From: an uncultured bacterium
GTDB taxonomy: Bacteria; Planctomycetota; UBA1135; GCA-002686595
Direction of reading: 5' to 3'
Length of the DNA: 64,000 bases
Assembly (NCBI GenBank): GCA_938075305.1
Contig: CALJGV010000005.1
Location: 39,390-103,389 of the forward strand
This document shows positions 27,766-37,385 of the stretch, one piece after another. Both the position numbers and the translations under genes were made by a program. The notes below the pieces were generated by a model. The model saw only the letters and a list, made by a program, of their open reading frames with translations. It had not been told where the DNA came from and did not search any database. Numbering within the stretch: position 1 is the stretch's first letter; every line of letters begins with the position of its first letter.

Positions 27766-27798
27766 GGAGCCCCCGGGGCACGGTGCCCCGGGGGCTCC
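27766..27798 (+). terminator. Intrinsic (probably bidirectional) terminator
   Basis: GGAGCCCCCGGGGCAC-G-GTGCCCCGGGGGCTCC perfect inverted repeat followed by TTT, between convergent genes. Confidence 0.8.
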
Positions 27799-27837
27799 TT
27801 TCCATCCTGCCCCGGTCGGCCAGGGGGCCCATTCCTC

Positions 27838-29430
27838 TCAGGGGCGCTGAACCCAGAGGACCGTCCCCGGGCGTTCACCGGGGCCAAGGGCCTCCACGCG
27901 AGCCCCCGCCTTCTGCCGCGGTGGAAACGCGCTCGCGTTACAGAGCCCGGCGTCGAGGAACGTCGGGTCAAGCCGCAGGAAGAACTCGGGGGGGACCACC
28001 TTGTCGTGCCCTGGTGACCGCAGCTCCTCGTGGGGGGGCCGCATGGCGACCTCACGGGTCACGAGGCCGTTGCGGTCATGGATGAAGAGGTTCGAGTGGT
28101 AGCCGATCGCCCCCACCGCGCCGTAGACGAGGGAGGCGTTCGGCGGCGCGTGCCGCGCCAGGGCTCGGCCCACCTCGGCCCAGTAGCCAGCGCGGTCGGA
28201 CATGTTGCGCCACTGCTGGACCTCGGAGGCCGAGGGCCGGACCCCCATCAGCGTCTGGTTGTGCCGGAAGTGAAAGGCCAGCCGCGTGGCCTCGGGGACC
28301 GCGTGAACGTCGAACGCCGCCAGCGCCGAGAGGGTCGCCGCCGCCACGCCCGCAAGAGCGGCGCCCGCCCGCGTCCGCTCCTCGATCCGCGCCAGCGCCC
28401 CTGCCGAGCCGAGCACCGCGAAGGGAACCACCGGGACCAGGAAGCGAGCGAAGCACATGAAGTCACCGCCGGAGGAGATGGCGTAGGCCGTGCCCCCGAG
28501 CACCAGCGCAGCCACCCCGCTCGCCTCGGCGACGCCCACCCGGCGCCGGCTGCACCAGGCGCCCGCCAGGGCCCCGAGCGTGATCAGAGCCAGGCCTGGC
28601 ATGGAGAGCCACGCAGAGACCACGTAGTCGAGGCCTCGTCCGGCGGCTGCGCCCGAGAAGCCCAGCTTCACGCGGGCGGTGTTGGGCACCCAGTCCCCGT
28701 AGACCGAATGGCGCCACGCCATGTGACCCACAAAGACCAGCGCCCCCGTCGCCGCCGCGGCCAGGGCTGGCCGCCACTGCCGCTCGTCCCGGCGAACGAG
28801 GCCGGCGAGGATCGGCGGCGACAGGACCAGCGCCACCAGGAGCGCCGCGTCCGCACGCATCAGGGTCAGGCCCGCGGAGATCAGCCCGAGCAGGAGCGCC
28901 CGCCGTCGCCAGTCCACGGCGGGAGCGCCGTGGGCCACGAGGAACAGCGCGACGGCGAGGGCTGCCGTGGGCATCGTGGCCATGCCGCCCGTGGACCACA
29001 CGGCCAGCGGCGGGGCGGAGCCGAGCAAGAGGGAGGAGGTGAGCACCGCCGCGGGGGAGTCGGGGTAGCGCCGGACGATAGCCCGCACGAGGCCCGCGAC
29101 CATGAGGACCCCCGCGAGTACCGACAGGGCTCGACTCGCCAACTCGGGGCTGGCGCCGACCTTCATGCCGAGGGCCATGAGGCCCGCCCAGAGGAACTCG
29201 CTGTAACCCTCGACTGGCGCCTCCAGCTGCGGCGGGTTGTAGACCAGACCCAGCCCCTCGGCGAGGTTCCGGGAGTAGCGGAACGTGATGAAGGCGTCGT
29301 CGCAGAGGAAATCGAAGCGGTGGACGAGGAAGGCGAAGGGGACCAGCGCAACGGCGAGGGCGAGGTACAGGAGGCCCCGCGACGCGGTGGCTCCGTTCCC
29401 TGCGGCCAGTGGTTGATCCTGGGTGCCCAT
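27838..29430 (-). CDS. Polytopic GT-C-fold glycosyltransferase (AftB-like)
   Basis: DDAFITFRYSRNLAEGLGLVYN..VEGYS, YGDWVPNT..K, GGDFM..RF, GAIGY, PGHDK; many TM segments. Confidence 0.82.
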   Translation of the reverse strand: MGTQDQPLAAGNGATASRGLLYLALAVALVPFAFLVHRFDFLCDDAFITFRYSRNLAEGLGLVYNPPQLEAPVEGYSEFLWAGLMALGMKVGASPELASRALSVLAGVLMVAGLVRAIVRRYPDSPAAVLTSSLLLGSAPPLAVWSTGGMATMPTAALAVALFLVAHGAPAVDWRRRALLLGLISAGLTLMRADAALLVALVLSPPILAGLVRRDERQWRPALAAAATGALVFVGHMAWRHSVYGDWVPNTARVKLGFSGAAAGRGLDYVVSAWLSMPGLALITLGALAGAWCSRRRVGVAEASGVAALVLGGTAYAISSGGDFMCFARFLVPVVPFAVLGSAGALARIEERTRAGAALAGVAAATLSALAAFDVHAVPEATRLAFHFRHNQTLMGVRPSASEVQQWRNMSDRAGYWAEVGRALARHAPPNASLVYGAVGAIGYHSNLFIHDRNGLVTREVAMRPPHEELRSPGHDKVVPPEFFLRLDPTFLDAGLCNASAFPPRQKAGARVEALGPGERPGTVLWVQRP

Positions 29431-29436
29431 GGGACG

Positions 29437-30591
29437 TCAGCCGATCTCCAGGCTGTAGATCGCCGGCAGGCCGCTCGCAATGCGGGTCCAGCTCTCCCCC
29501 TCATCGCGGGAGGCCCAGACCTCCCCCGACGACGTCCCCAGGTAGAGGCCCAGCGGATCGCAGCCGTCCACGGCCAGCGCCTGACGCTTCACGGTCCACC
29601 ACGCGCCCTCCTCCGCGAGCCCGGCCCCCTGGCGTTCCCAGGTCTCTCCGGCGTCCCGGGTCCGGTACAGCGCGGGCCGGCCGCCAAGGGGCAGCCGGGC
29701 GCCGCAGCGGTCGCCGTTCAGCGGCACGACCCAGCAGGTGTCGGGGTCATGGGGGTGCACCGCCACGGGGAATCCCGCGTCGTGGAACTCGCCGTCCGCC
29801 CCCCGCGGCCCGGTGCGGACCCAGACGCCCTCCTCCCGGTCCATGCGATGCAGCCCGTGGTGGCCCTGCATCCAGAGGCGGTCCGGGTTGGTGGTCGCGG
29901 GGACCACGAGCTGCGGCGTGACCGCCGCGTCGTGGTCCAGCTCCCCCTCCAGCCGCTCCCAGCTCTCCCCGCCATCCTCCGTGGCGAGCACACCGCCGCT
30001 GGACATGGCAAGGGTCATGCGCGCCGCGGATCGCGGGTCCACGTGCACCGAGTGGAGCTTCGGCCCATCGGGGGTTCGATCCGCCGCGAGGTCCGTCCAC
30101 TCCTCGAAGCGAGGGTGCCGGTGCAGCCCCTCCACCGGGGACCAGGAGCGGCCGCCGTCGTCGGAGCGGAACAGCCCCTGCGGGCAGGTCCCCGCGAACC
30201 AGGTATCACGGTCGTTGGGGTGACCCGCGGAGAGCCAGAAGACCTGGTGGACCACCCGCTCGTAGGGGGCGTCCGGAGCGGCCGGGCCGAAGCACGGGGG
30301 CGCGTCCGCCTCGGCCCATGTGAGGCCGGCGTCCTCGGACCTCAACACGGTCGGGCCCTCGCCCGGGCCACGCACGCCGGCGAGGAGTACGTCCCTGCGG
30401 AACGGGTCCCGCACCAGGTGGAAGCACGTCCGGCCCAGGATCGCCGGGCGCGGCGCCTCGAAGTCGCGCCCTGCCCCCTCCCCCTCCATCACGAAGGCGC
30501 CCTTGCGGGTCCCCAGGAGGATCCGGAACGGACCGCGCCGCGCGCGCGGGACGCGGAGCTTGTGCTTCGGCTGGGCCTGGGGGTCGGGCAT
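29437..30591 (-). CDS. BNR/Asp-box beta-propeller protein (exo-alpha-sialidase-like)
   Basis: LGTRKGAF; Asp boxes RSEDAGLTW, RSDDGGRSW, TEDGGESW, TRDAGETW, SRDEGESW. Confidence 0.85.
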   Translation of the reverse strand: MPDPQAQPKHKLRVPRARRGPFRILLGTRKGAFVMEGEGAGRDFEAPRPAILGRTCFHLVRDPFRRDVLLAGVRGPGEGPTVLRSEDAGLTWAEADAPPCFGPAAPDAPYERVVHQVFWLSAGHPNDRDTWFAGTCPQGLFRSDDGGRSWSPVEGLHRHPRFEEWTDLAADRTPDGPKLHSVHVDPRSAARMTLAMSSGGVLATEDGGESWERLEGELDHDAAVTPQLVVPATTNPDRLWMQGHHGLHRMDREEGVWVRTGPRGADGEFHDAGFPVAVHPHDPDTCWVVPLNGDRCGARLPLGGRPALYRTRDAGETWERQGAGLAEEGAWWTVKRQALAVDGCDPLGLYLGTSSGEVWASRDEGESWTRIASGLPAIYSLEIG

Positions 30592-30601
30592 CGCCGAGAG
30601 T

Positions 30602-31768
30602 CTAAGCCCTGGCGGCGCCCCAGGTGCGGAGACGCCGGCAGGCCTCCTCGAGGGCCTCCAGCTCCTTGGCGTAGCAGAACCTCACCAGGCCCTCTCCGGT
30701 CTCCCCCGCGGTCCCGGAGAAGAAGGCTGTCCCCGGCACCGCCGCGACCCCAGCCTCCTCCACGAGGCGCATGGCGGCCGCCTTGGCGGTGGGCTCCCCC
30801 ATGCCGGAGACGTCCGCGAGGATGTAATACGCCCCCTCGGGCACGATCGGCGGCAGCCCGATCTCCCGGAGGGTGTCCACCAGCAGGGTCCGCTTGGCGG
30901 CATAGTCCGCCCTCATCTCCTCGAAGAAGTCGTCGTTGAGGTCGAAGCCTGCGGCGACGCCGTGCTGCAAGGGGGTCGGCGCGCAGATGTAGAAGAGGTC
31001 GTGGACGAGCTTGAGCTTCTCGGCCATCTCGGCCGGTGCGACGACGTAGCCGAGTCGCCACCCCGTGATGCTGAAGGTCTTGGAGAGACCGAGGATCGTC
31101 ACCGTGCGGCGTGCCATGGCCGCCGAGATGGAGGCCGGGGACACGTGCTCGCGCCCATCGTAGGTGATCGACTCGTAGATCTCGTCCGTGACCACGATGA
31201 GGTCGAACTCCTCGGCGATGCGGGCCGCCACCTCGAGCTCCTCCCGGGTCAGCATCCGCCCAGAGGGATTGGAGGGGGTGCACAGCACCAGCCCGCGGGT
31301 CCGCGGCGTGATCGCCGCGCGCAGGACCTCCTCGGTGAGCTCGAACCCGGGGGCGCGCAGCCCCACGTAGGCCGGCACCACCCCCGCGACCCTCGCCGCG
31401 CCCACGTGATAGCCGTAGTAGGGCTCGGGGATGAGCAGCTCGTCCCCTGGATCGAAGAGCCCGTGGAGCACGCAGGTGAACGCCGCCGCCGACCCGGCGG
31501 TGACCACGATGTCGGTCTCGGGGTCGGCGTCGATCCCGTTCACCCGGGCGAGCTTGGCGGCGATCTTGCGTCGCAGACCGGCGTCGCCCTCGCAGTAGGT
31601 GTAGGTGCTCTTGCGGTCCCGGATGGCCTGGACGGCGGCATCCGCCACAGGAGCGGGTGTCGGCAGGTCGCAGATCCCCTGCCCGAGGTTGATCGCACCC
31701 GCCGCGTCCGCCGCGCGGGTCATCGCGCGGATCTCGGACTGGGCGAGGCCCTGGAGACGTTGGCTCAT
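30602..31768 (-). CDS. PLP-dependent aminotransferase, class I/II
   Basis: INLGQG, PSNPSG, TDEIYE, GLSKTFSITGWRLG, VRFCYAK. Start MSQRL with TATGGT 7 nt upstream. Confidence 0.93.
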   Translation of the reverse strand: MSQRLQGLAQSEIRAMTRAADAAGAINLGQGICDLPTPAPVADAAVQAIRDRKSTYTYCEGDAGLRRKIAAKLARVNGIDADPETDIVVTAGSAAAFTCVLHGLFDPGDELLIPEPYYGYHVGAARVAGVVPAYVGLRAPGFELTEEVLRAAITPRTRGLVLCTPSNPSGRMLTREELEVAARIAEEFDLIVVTDEIYESITYDGREHVSPASISAAMARRTVTILGLSKTFSITGWRLGYVVAPAEMAEKLKLVHDLFYICAPTPLQHGVAAGFDLNDDFFEEMRADYAAKRTLLVDTLREIGLPPIVPEGAYYILADVSGMGEPTAKAAAMRLVEEAGVAAVPGTAFFSGTAGETGEGLVRFCYAKELEALEEACRRLRTWGAARA

Positions 31769-31812
31769 GGGTCGGACCATAGCAGCCTGGCTCCTGGGCC
31801 CCGCCCGTAGCC

Positions 31813-33759
31813 TCAGCCCTTCACCGAATTCAGGAGCAGGTCGGTGACCAGCTGCCCGAAGCGCTTGGGGTCCTTCGGGGACCCGCCCTCGGCGAGCAGC
31901 GCCTGGCCGTGGAGCACCTCGGCCGCCTCGGCGATCCGCGGGGAGTTCTGATCCACGCCATAGAGCTTCGTGAGGCTCTTCACGAGGTCGTGGTCTGGGT
32001 TCAACTCGAGCACGCGCTTCTGGGGCGGGACCTCCTGGCCGGACCGCTTGAGCAGGCGCTCCATGTGGCCGGAGATGCCGCCCTCGGCGGCGACCAGGAC
32101 GGCGGGGCTGTCCTTGAGGCGGGACGTGAAGCGGACCTCCGAGATCTCCTCCTCCAGCGGCCCCTTGATGGCGCCGAGAAGCCCCTCATGCTCCTTCTCG
32201 AGCTCCTCGCGCTTCTCCCGGGCGTCGTCGTCCTCGGTCGAGTCCGCGCGGTCCAGGGGGACGATCTTCTTGCCGTCGAACTCCGTCAGGCGCTGGAGCA
32301 TCCACTCGTCCACCGGATCGATGAGGTAGATGACCTCCTCCCCGCGCTCCAGCACGGCCTCCAGCAGCGGAGAGGCCTCCACCGTCATGCGGTCCGCCCC
32401 GGTGAGCACGTGGATGGTCTCCTGGCCGTCGGCCATGCGTCCCACGTACTCCTCCAGCGTGGTCGGGGCCTCGCCGTTGGAGGACGAGAAGAGGCACACC
32501 CCGGCGATCCGACCGTCGGTGTCGTCCCCGGCCCAGATGCCCTCCTTGATGACCTGGCCGAAGCCCTCCCAGAAGGAGGCGTAGGCCTCCCGGTCCTTGC
32601 CCATGAGCGAGCTCAGCTCGTCGAGCACCTTCTTCACGAGGCGCTTGCGAATCTGCCCGAGGCGGGGGTCGTCCTGCAGGGTCTCGCGGGAGACGTTCAG
32701 GGGGAGGTCAGAGCACTCCACCACGCCGCGCACGAAGCGCAGCCAGGAGGGCAGGAGCTCGCTGCACTCACGCTGGATCAGGACCCGGCGTACATACAGG
32801 CTCACATTGGACTCGCGGTTCGAGGGGTCGAACTGGTCGAAAGGCGGCTGCTTCGGCAGGTACAGCAGCGCCGTGTACTCGAGGGCACCTTCGGCGCTGA
32901 AGTGCAGGTTGCCGTAGGGCTCGTTCCAGTCGTGGGTCAGGTGCCGGTAGAACTCAGCGTGCTCCTCGTCCGTGATCTCGGACTTCGGCCGCGACCAAAG
33001 GGGCTTCTGGGAGTTCAGGGTCTCGAGCTTGATCTCGGTGACCGTCTCCCCCTCGACGGGCTTGCCCTCGTCGTCGAGCTTCGGCTCGGTCCGCTCGATC
33101 TCCATCTGGATCGGATACTCAACGAAGTCGCTGTAACGGCGGACGACGTCGCGGAGGGTGAACTCCTCGAGGAACTTGCGGGGTCCCTCGCCCTCTTCCC
33201 CCTCGGCCGCCTCGCGCAGGTGGAGCGACACCACGGTTCCGCGAGCGAGACCCTCGACCGGCTCGATCTCGTAGGAGCCGTCGCCCTTGGAGCTCCAGCG
33301 CCAGCCCTCGTCGCTACCCGCGCGGCGGGTCTCCACAACCACCTCTTCGGCCACCATGAAGGCGCTGTAGAACCCGACGCCGAACTGCCCGATCAGGTCG
33401 GGGCGCTCGTCGCCGCTGCCGTCCGTCGCGCTGGCCTCCAGGAACCGCCGGGTACCCGAGCTCGCGATGGTGCCCAGGTTCTTCGTGAGCTCCTCGCGGT
33501 CCATCCCGATGCCGTTGTCCGCGACACGCAGGACGTTGTTCGACGCGTCCGTCTCGAGGGCCACCCCGAGGGTCTCCCCCTCCTCGATGAGCGAGCCATC
33601 CGTGAGGGACTCGAAGCGGAGCTTGTCGAGCGCGTCGCTGGCGTTCGAGATGAGCTCGCGGAGGAAGATCTCACGGTTCGTGTAGAGCGAGTGGATGACG
33701 AGGGAAAGGACCTGCTGGACCTCCGCCTCGAAGCTGTGCTTTTCTGTCTGGGCAGTCAT
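31813..33759 (-). CDS. htpG: Hsp90-family chaperone HtpG
   Basis: IFLRELISNASDA, DNGIGM, NLGTIASSGT, IGQFGVGFYSAF, LPLNVSRE. Confidence 0.97.
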   Translation of the reverse strand: MTAQTEKHSFEAEVQQVLSLVIHSLYTNREIFLRELISNASDALDKLRFESLTDGSLIEEGETLGVALETDASNNVLRVADNGIGMDREELTKNLGTIASSGTRRFLEASATDGSGDERPDLIGQFGVGFYSAFMVAEEVVVETRRAGSDEGWRWSSKGDGSYEIEPVEGLARGTVVSLHLREAAEGEEGEGPRKFLEEFTLRDVVRRYSDFVEYPIQMEIERTEPKLDDEGKPVEGETVTEIKLETLNSQKPLWSRPKSEITDEEHAEFYRHLTHDWNEPYGNLHFSAEGALEYTALLYLPKQPPFDQFDPSNRESNVSLYVRRVLIQRECSELLPSWLRFVRGVVECSDLPLNVSRETLQDDPRLGQIRKRLVKKVLDELSSLMGKDREAYASFWEGFGQVIKEGIWAGDDTDGRIAGVCLFSSSNGEAPTTLEEYVGRMADGQETIHVLTGADRMTVEASPLLEAVLERGEEVIYLIDPVDEWMLQRLTEFDGKKIVPLDRADSTEDDDAREKREELEKEHEGLLGAIKGPLEEEISEVRFTSRLKDSPAVLVAAEGGISGHMERLLKRSGQEVPPQKRVLELNPDHDLVKSLTKLYGVDQNSPRIAEAAEVLHGQALLAEGGSPKDPKRFGQLVTDLLLNSVKG

Positions 33760-33873
33760 TTGTGGGGCTCCTGGGGAACCAATCCCGCTGGACCGCGGGT
33801 CTCACCCGCAGCGTTTGGAGGCCACGATTTTCCGCCTCGAAGCGCCGCTGGCAACCTTCATGCGCTCGATTCG

Positions 33874-33897
33874 GGGCAACTGCTCCGGCAGTTGCCC
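33874..33897. promoter_or_regulatory. Perfect inverted repeat in the htpG / matrixin divergent promoter region (candidate operator)
   Basis: GGGCAACTGC-TCCG-GCAGTTGCCC. A possible sigma-54 element TGGCAACCTTCATGCG lies just upstream at 33849-33864. Confidence 0.45.
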
Positions 33898-33972
33898 TCG
33901 CCCGTCCACCTGGCGTGCCTGGGCCCTTTAGATTTGGAGCGGGGACGCCCCTCAGCCCCCCGACGATCGAAG

Positions 33973-35337
33973 ATGAGCCTCCGTCGAAACATCGCCCCTG
34001 CGCTGCTCCTCTCCGGGGTCGTCGGGCTCCTCGCGACGCCCGACTCCTGGGCCTTCGCGGTGTACGGCGATGTCCTCGACCTGACGCAGCGAGACTTCCG
34101 GGTCCTCAACAACTTCACCGGTCCGCGAGCCAACTCGAACCAGGTGCCAGACCCGGACTTCCCCGGCGCCCTGGGCGCCGAGCTGGCGATCCGAAAGGCG
34201 GTCGCCGAGTGGGGCTCACGGGCCCACGGCTCGGGAACGACGGATCCGCTTCAGCCGGAGCTGGGCTCCGGCGGCTCGAACTTCGACGCGTTCTTCTCCG
34301 GCCGAGCGCTGGGACCGGGCAACCGCGACGCCAACATCATCTCGGCGGTTCCCTCGGCGGGCGCCGCCATCGCCCAGACCGACATCCCCATCGGCGACGG
34401 GTGGCGGATCCGCTTCTTCGAGGGGTCCGTCACGTGGTGCGACGACCCGGGCGGCATCCTCTCGGGGAACAACCCGGTGGATCTCCAGGGTGTCATGACC
34501 CACGAGTTCGGCCACGCGCTCGGGCTCGACCACTCGACGATCCCCGGCGCGACCATGGGGACCGTGACCGCCAACGCGGGGCTCGACCTGCGGTCCATCG
34601 AGCAGGACGACCGCGCCGGGCTCGAGTTCCTCTACGGGGCCCTCGATCCGGCCAAGCCCGTGATCGAGACCTACGAGTTCACCCCGACCGGCGCCCTGCG
34701 CCTGATAGGCACCGGCTTCCACCCGACGGACAACGAGGTCTGGTTCACGCCCACTGATCCCACCAACCCCGGCGACGGGACGCCGATCAAGGTCGCGGCC
34801 GTGCCCGCGGTAGCCGGGTCGGCGGGCACGCGTATCGAGGTCAACGTGCCGGCGAGCGCGGGACCGGGCGACGTCGCCGTCCTCCTGCCGACCCCGGGCG
34901 TAGCGGCGCTCTCGAACGTCTTCCCCTTCGACCCCCAGCGCACTCCCTGGAGCTCGCCCTCCACCTATGGGTCCCCCGGAGTTTCCAGCCAGGGGGTCCC
35001 GATCCGAATCGCCTACAGCGGCCTGCCCAGCGTCACCGCAGGGCAGTTCACCATCGGCGTCACGGGCGCCACGCCGCCCCAGTTCCTCGGGACCGCCATG
35101 GTCGTCGCGGGGACTCAGCCGGGCCTGAGCGTCACCGGCTTCGGGACCCTCCTCCTCGGCGGCTCGGTCCATCGCGTGGCGACGATCTCCCTCTTCCTTG
35201 GCGCCGGGAGCGCACAGGTCCCGCTGCCGCCCGGAGCCGTGATCGGAAGCCGGGTCTTCTATCAGGTTTGGGTCCAAGACGCCTCGGCAGCAGGCGGCGC
35301 CTTCAGCGACGCGCTCGAGGTCGAGCTCGTCCCCTGA
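33973..35337 (+). CDS. Secreted matrixin (M10-like) zinc metalloprotease with an IPT/TIG-like domain and a C-terminal beta module
   Basis: Signal peptide MSLRRNIAPALLLSGVVGLLA; HEFGHALGLDHS and Met-turn ATMG. C-terminus YQVWVQD...FSDALEVELVP. Confidence 0.9.
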   Translation: MSLRRNIAPALLLSGVVGLLATPDSWAFAVYGDVLDLTQRDFRVLNNFTGPRANSNQVPDPDFPGALGAELAIRKAVAEWGSRAHGSGTTDPLQPELGSGGSNFDAFFSGRALGPGNRDANIISAVPSAGAAIAQTDIPIGDGWRIRFFEGSVTWCDDPGGILSGNNPVDLQGVMTHEFGHALGLDHSTIPGATMGTVTANAGLDLRSIEQDDRAGLEFLYGALDPAKPVIETYEFTPTGALRLIGTGFHPTDNEVWFTPTDPTNPGDGTPIKVAAVPAVAGSAGTRIEVNVPASAGPGDVAVLLPTPGVAALSNVFPFDPQRTPWSSPSTYGSPGVSSQGVPIRIAYSGLPSVTAGQFTIGVTGATPPQFLGTAMVVAGTQPGLSVTGFGTLLLGGSVHRVATISLFLGAGSAQVPLPPGAVIGSRVFYQVWVQDASAAGGAFSDALEVELVP

Positions 35338-36438
35338 TCAGCGCCCCTCGCTCCGCGGGGGCGCCACGACCTCGACCTGGCGGAACTCGAGGCGGTTCGC
35401 CAGCCCGCCGACCATGCGGATCGACTGCTCGACCACGTCGCTCTCCGGCGGCAGGAGCTGGACGGCGAGCTCGACGACCTCGTCGCACAGGACCGTCGCG
35501 CCCAAGGGGCGGCCCTCCGCCACGCTCCAGCGCAGCCGGGCTCCCCCCTTGAGGTTCACCGCGAGCTGGGCCCCGAGGGTCTGCACCTGCTCGATGGCCT
35601 CGACCTCAACGCGGTTCTCACTGACGAAGTCCGAGCGGTCGGATCGCAGCGTGACGTCGAAGCTAAGCTCGATCTCCACGAAGCTCGACTGCGGGGAATC
35701 TCCCCCCACGGCCCTGACCTCGGCCTCGACCTGGCCGGCGACGCTGCCGTCGAACCCGATGTAGGTGTTGCCGGCCACGCCGCTCTGGAAGGCACGCAGG
35801 ATCTGCTCGTCCGCTGCCTCGTCGCCCCTCCACGCCAGGAATCCGCTCGGCGCGAGCAAGGGCTGGAGGACCTCCACCGGAAGCGACCAGCGGTCACCGA
35901 GCTGGACCGACCTCGAAGCCTGATCGGGCGCCAACGCCAGGAAGCGGCCCCAGTCGAAGGGCGCCTCGAGGGTCGGGAGGAAGCTCTCCTTGAGGGCCCG
36001 GCCGTCGTAGTGACGCCCGAAGCCACCGGGCTTCCCGGGGATCGGCTGGAAGGCCACGCTGACCCCCTGGAAGGGCGAGCTCAGCTCGATGATCTGGCCG
36101 CTCCACTCGCCGGTCTCCTCGACGTACGACTTGGGGTCGATGAGCTCGAGGCGCCCGGAGATGTCCATGTACCGCCGGCGGAGCCGGCCGCCCTCCTCCA
36201 GGAAGCCGTCGGCGATCACCGTCTCCAGCTTCGAGCGCAGGCGGAGCTCGATCGGAGCCGCGGCGGCCTCCTCTGTGCCCCGGCGGGTCAGGAGCGACTC
36301 CATGAGGAGGTCGTGGGTCTCGGTCCCCGCGATCGCGAGCGAGTCGCCGGAGGGAGGCACGAAACGGAGTTCGTGGGCGCCCGAGTCCTGGGGCGCAAGC
36401 ATCGGCGCTACAGAGAGGATGATGGCGTGAAGGATCAT
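35338..36438 (-). CDS. Secreted hypothetical protein (beta-rich)
   Basis: Signal-like MILHAIILSVAPMLAPQ; ATGA overlap with the upstream MORN gene. VQLGDRW motif and amphipathic strands at the C-terminus. Confidence 0.7.
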   Translation of the reverse strand: MILHAIILSVAPMLAPQDSGAHELRFVPPSGDSLAIAGTETHDLLMESLLTRRGTEEAAAAPIELRLRSKLETVIADGFLEEGGRLRRRYMDISGRLELIDPKSYVEETGEWSGQIIELSSPFQGVSVAFQPIPGKPGGFGRHYDGRALKESFLPTLEAPFDWGRFLALAPDQASRSVQLGDRWSLPVEVLQPLLAPSGFLAWRGDEAADEQILRAFQSGVAGNTYIGFDGSVAGQVEAEVRAVGGDSPQSSFVEIELSFDVTLRSDRSDFVSENRVEVEAIEQVQTLGAQLAVNLKGGARLRWSVAEGRPLGATVLCDEVVELAVQLLPPESDVVEQSIRMVGGLANRLEFRQVEVVAPPRSEGR

Positions 36439-37385
36439 TGGATCAGTGCCCCCTTGCTGTATCGGCCGCTGCGCGAGGTATCGAGCTGCCCCTCCGCGGA
36501 CCAGAACTTCCAGGGCCCTTCGTAGGCGCCCGCCTTGTAGTTCCCCTTCGCCTTGACCTGGCCGCTTCGCCACCACTCGGTGAAGGCGCCCTCCTGGATC
36601 CCGTTCACGAACTCGGCGACGAAGCGTCGCTCGCCTTGCTTGAAGTAGCCCCTCCAGGTGCCCACGGCCCGACCGGCCTCGAAGCGCCCGACGCTCTCGC
36701 GCTTGCCGTTCTGGAAGTAGCGCACCCACTCCCCCTCCTCGCGGCCGTCGACATAGACGCCGGTTCGCTGAAGGGCTCCCCCGGGGTGATAGAACTCCCA
36801 CGGTCCCACGCGCTTGCCAGACGACCAGCCCCCCTTCTCCAGGAGCTCCTTGGCGCCGGTGGACATCCGCACGCTCGCGCCGTCCTTGAGACCCTGCTTG
36901 TAGACCGTCCGCTCCACGAGCAGGCCACCGCGGGTGAAGCGCTCCAGGGCTCCGTCCTGCACGCCGTGCTCGTAGCGCACCAGCAGCCGGACGTCGCCGC
37001 GGCTCCCGTAGTTCACCCAGGCCCCATGCCGGAGGCCATCCTCGTCGTAGTGCCCCTTCGACGTGGCCCGGGCTCCCTTGCCGTAGACAACCCAGGGGCC
37101 CACGCGGCGGTAGTCTCGGAACGCTCCGTGGTACAGCCTCGCGCCGGCCTCATCCCAGGCCTTCCAAACTCCCGTGCGGACGCCGTCCTTGAGGTAGCCC
37201 TCGCGGGCCAGCGCACCGGAGTCGTGGTAGAAGCGGGTGAAGACCGCTCCCTCGATCTCGGGGACGACGTCAGGGGGCGCCTCGAAGGGGGGCGGAGAGG
37301 GGGGCGCCTCCACCTGCTGCTGCTCTTGAGTTGAGGGGAGGAGCGCCAGGGCCAGCGGCAGGCAGATCTGTGCGAGGTTCATCAT
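36435..37385 (-). CDS. Secreted MORN-variant (YwqK-like) repeat protein
   Basis: Signal peptide, then many G-x-Y-x-x-G-x-x-x-G-x-W repeats (EGYLKDGVRTGVWKAW, KGNYKAGAYEGPWKFW). Confidence 0.85.
   Translation of the reverse strand: MMNLAQICLPLALALLPSTQEQQQVEAPPSPPPFEAPPDVVPEIEGAVFTRFYHDSGALAREGYLKDGVRTGVWKAWDEAGARLYHGAFRDYRRVGPWVVYGKGARATSKGHYDEDGLRHGAWVNYGSRGDVRLLVRYEHGVQDGALERFTRGGLLVERTVYKQGLKDGASVRMSTGAKELLEKGGWSSGKRVGPWEFYHPGGALQRTGVYVDGREEGEWVRYFQNGKRESVGRFEAGRAVGTWRGYFKQGERRFVAEFVNGIQEGAFTEWWRSGQVKAKGNYKAGAYEGPWKFWSAEGQLDTSRSGRYSKGALIQ

Noticed and set aside
28030-30939. Very long antisense or alternate-frame ORFs (also 702-2183, 5101-6900, 11955-14654, 16202-18274, 45606-48557, 51853-53277, 57051-58736)
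   Set aside because: They overlap well-supported genes and have no recognisable motifs. Such shadow ORFs are expected in high-GC DNA where stop codons are rare.
31909-33972. Apparent 1142-aa matrixin fusion, and similar N-terminal extensions of lon, ABC ATPase 2, cmk, rpoN and efp in the ORF track
   Set aside because: The extensions overlap neighbouring genes or promoter regions. Signal peptides, coupling overlaps and family N-termini indicate downstream starts.
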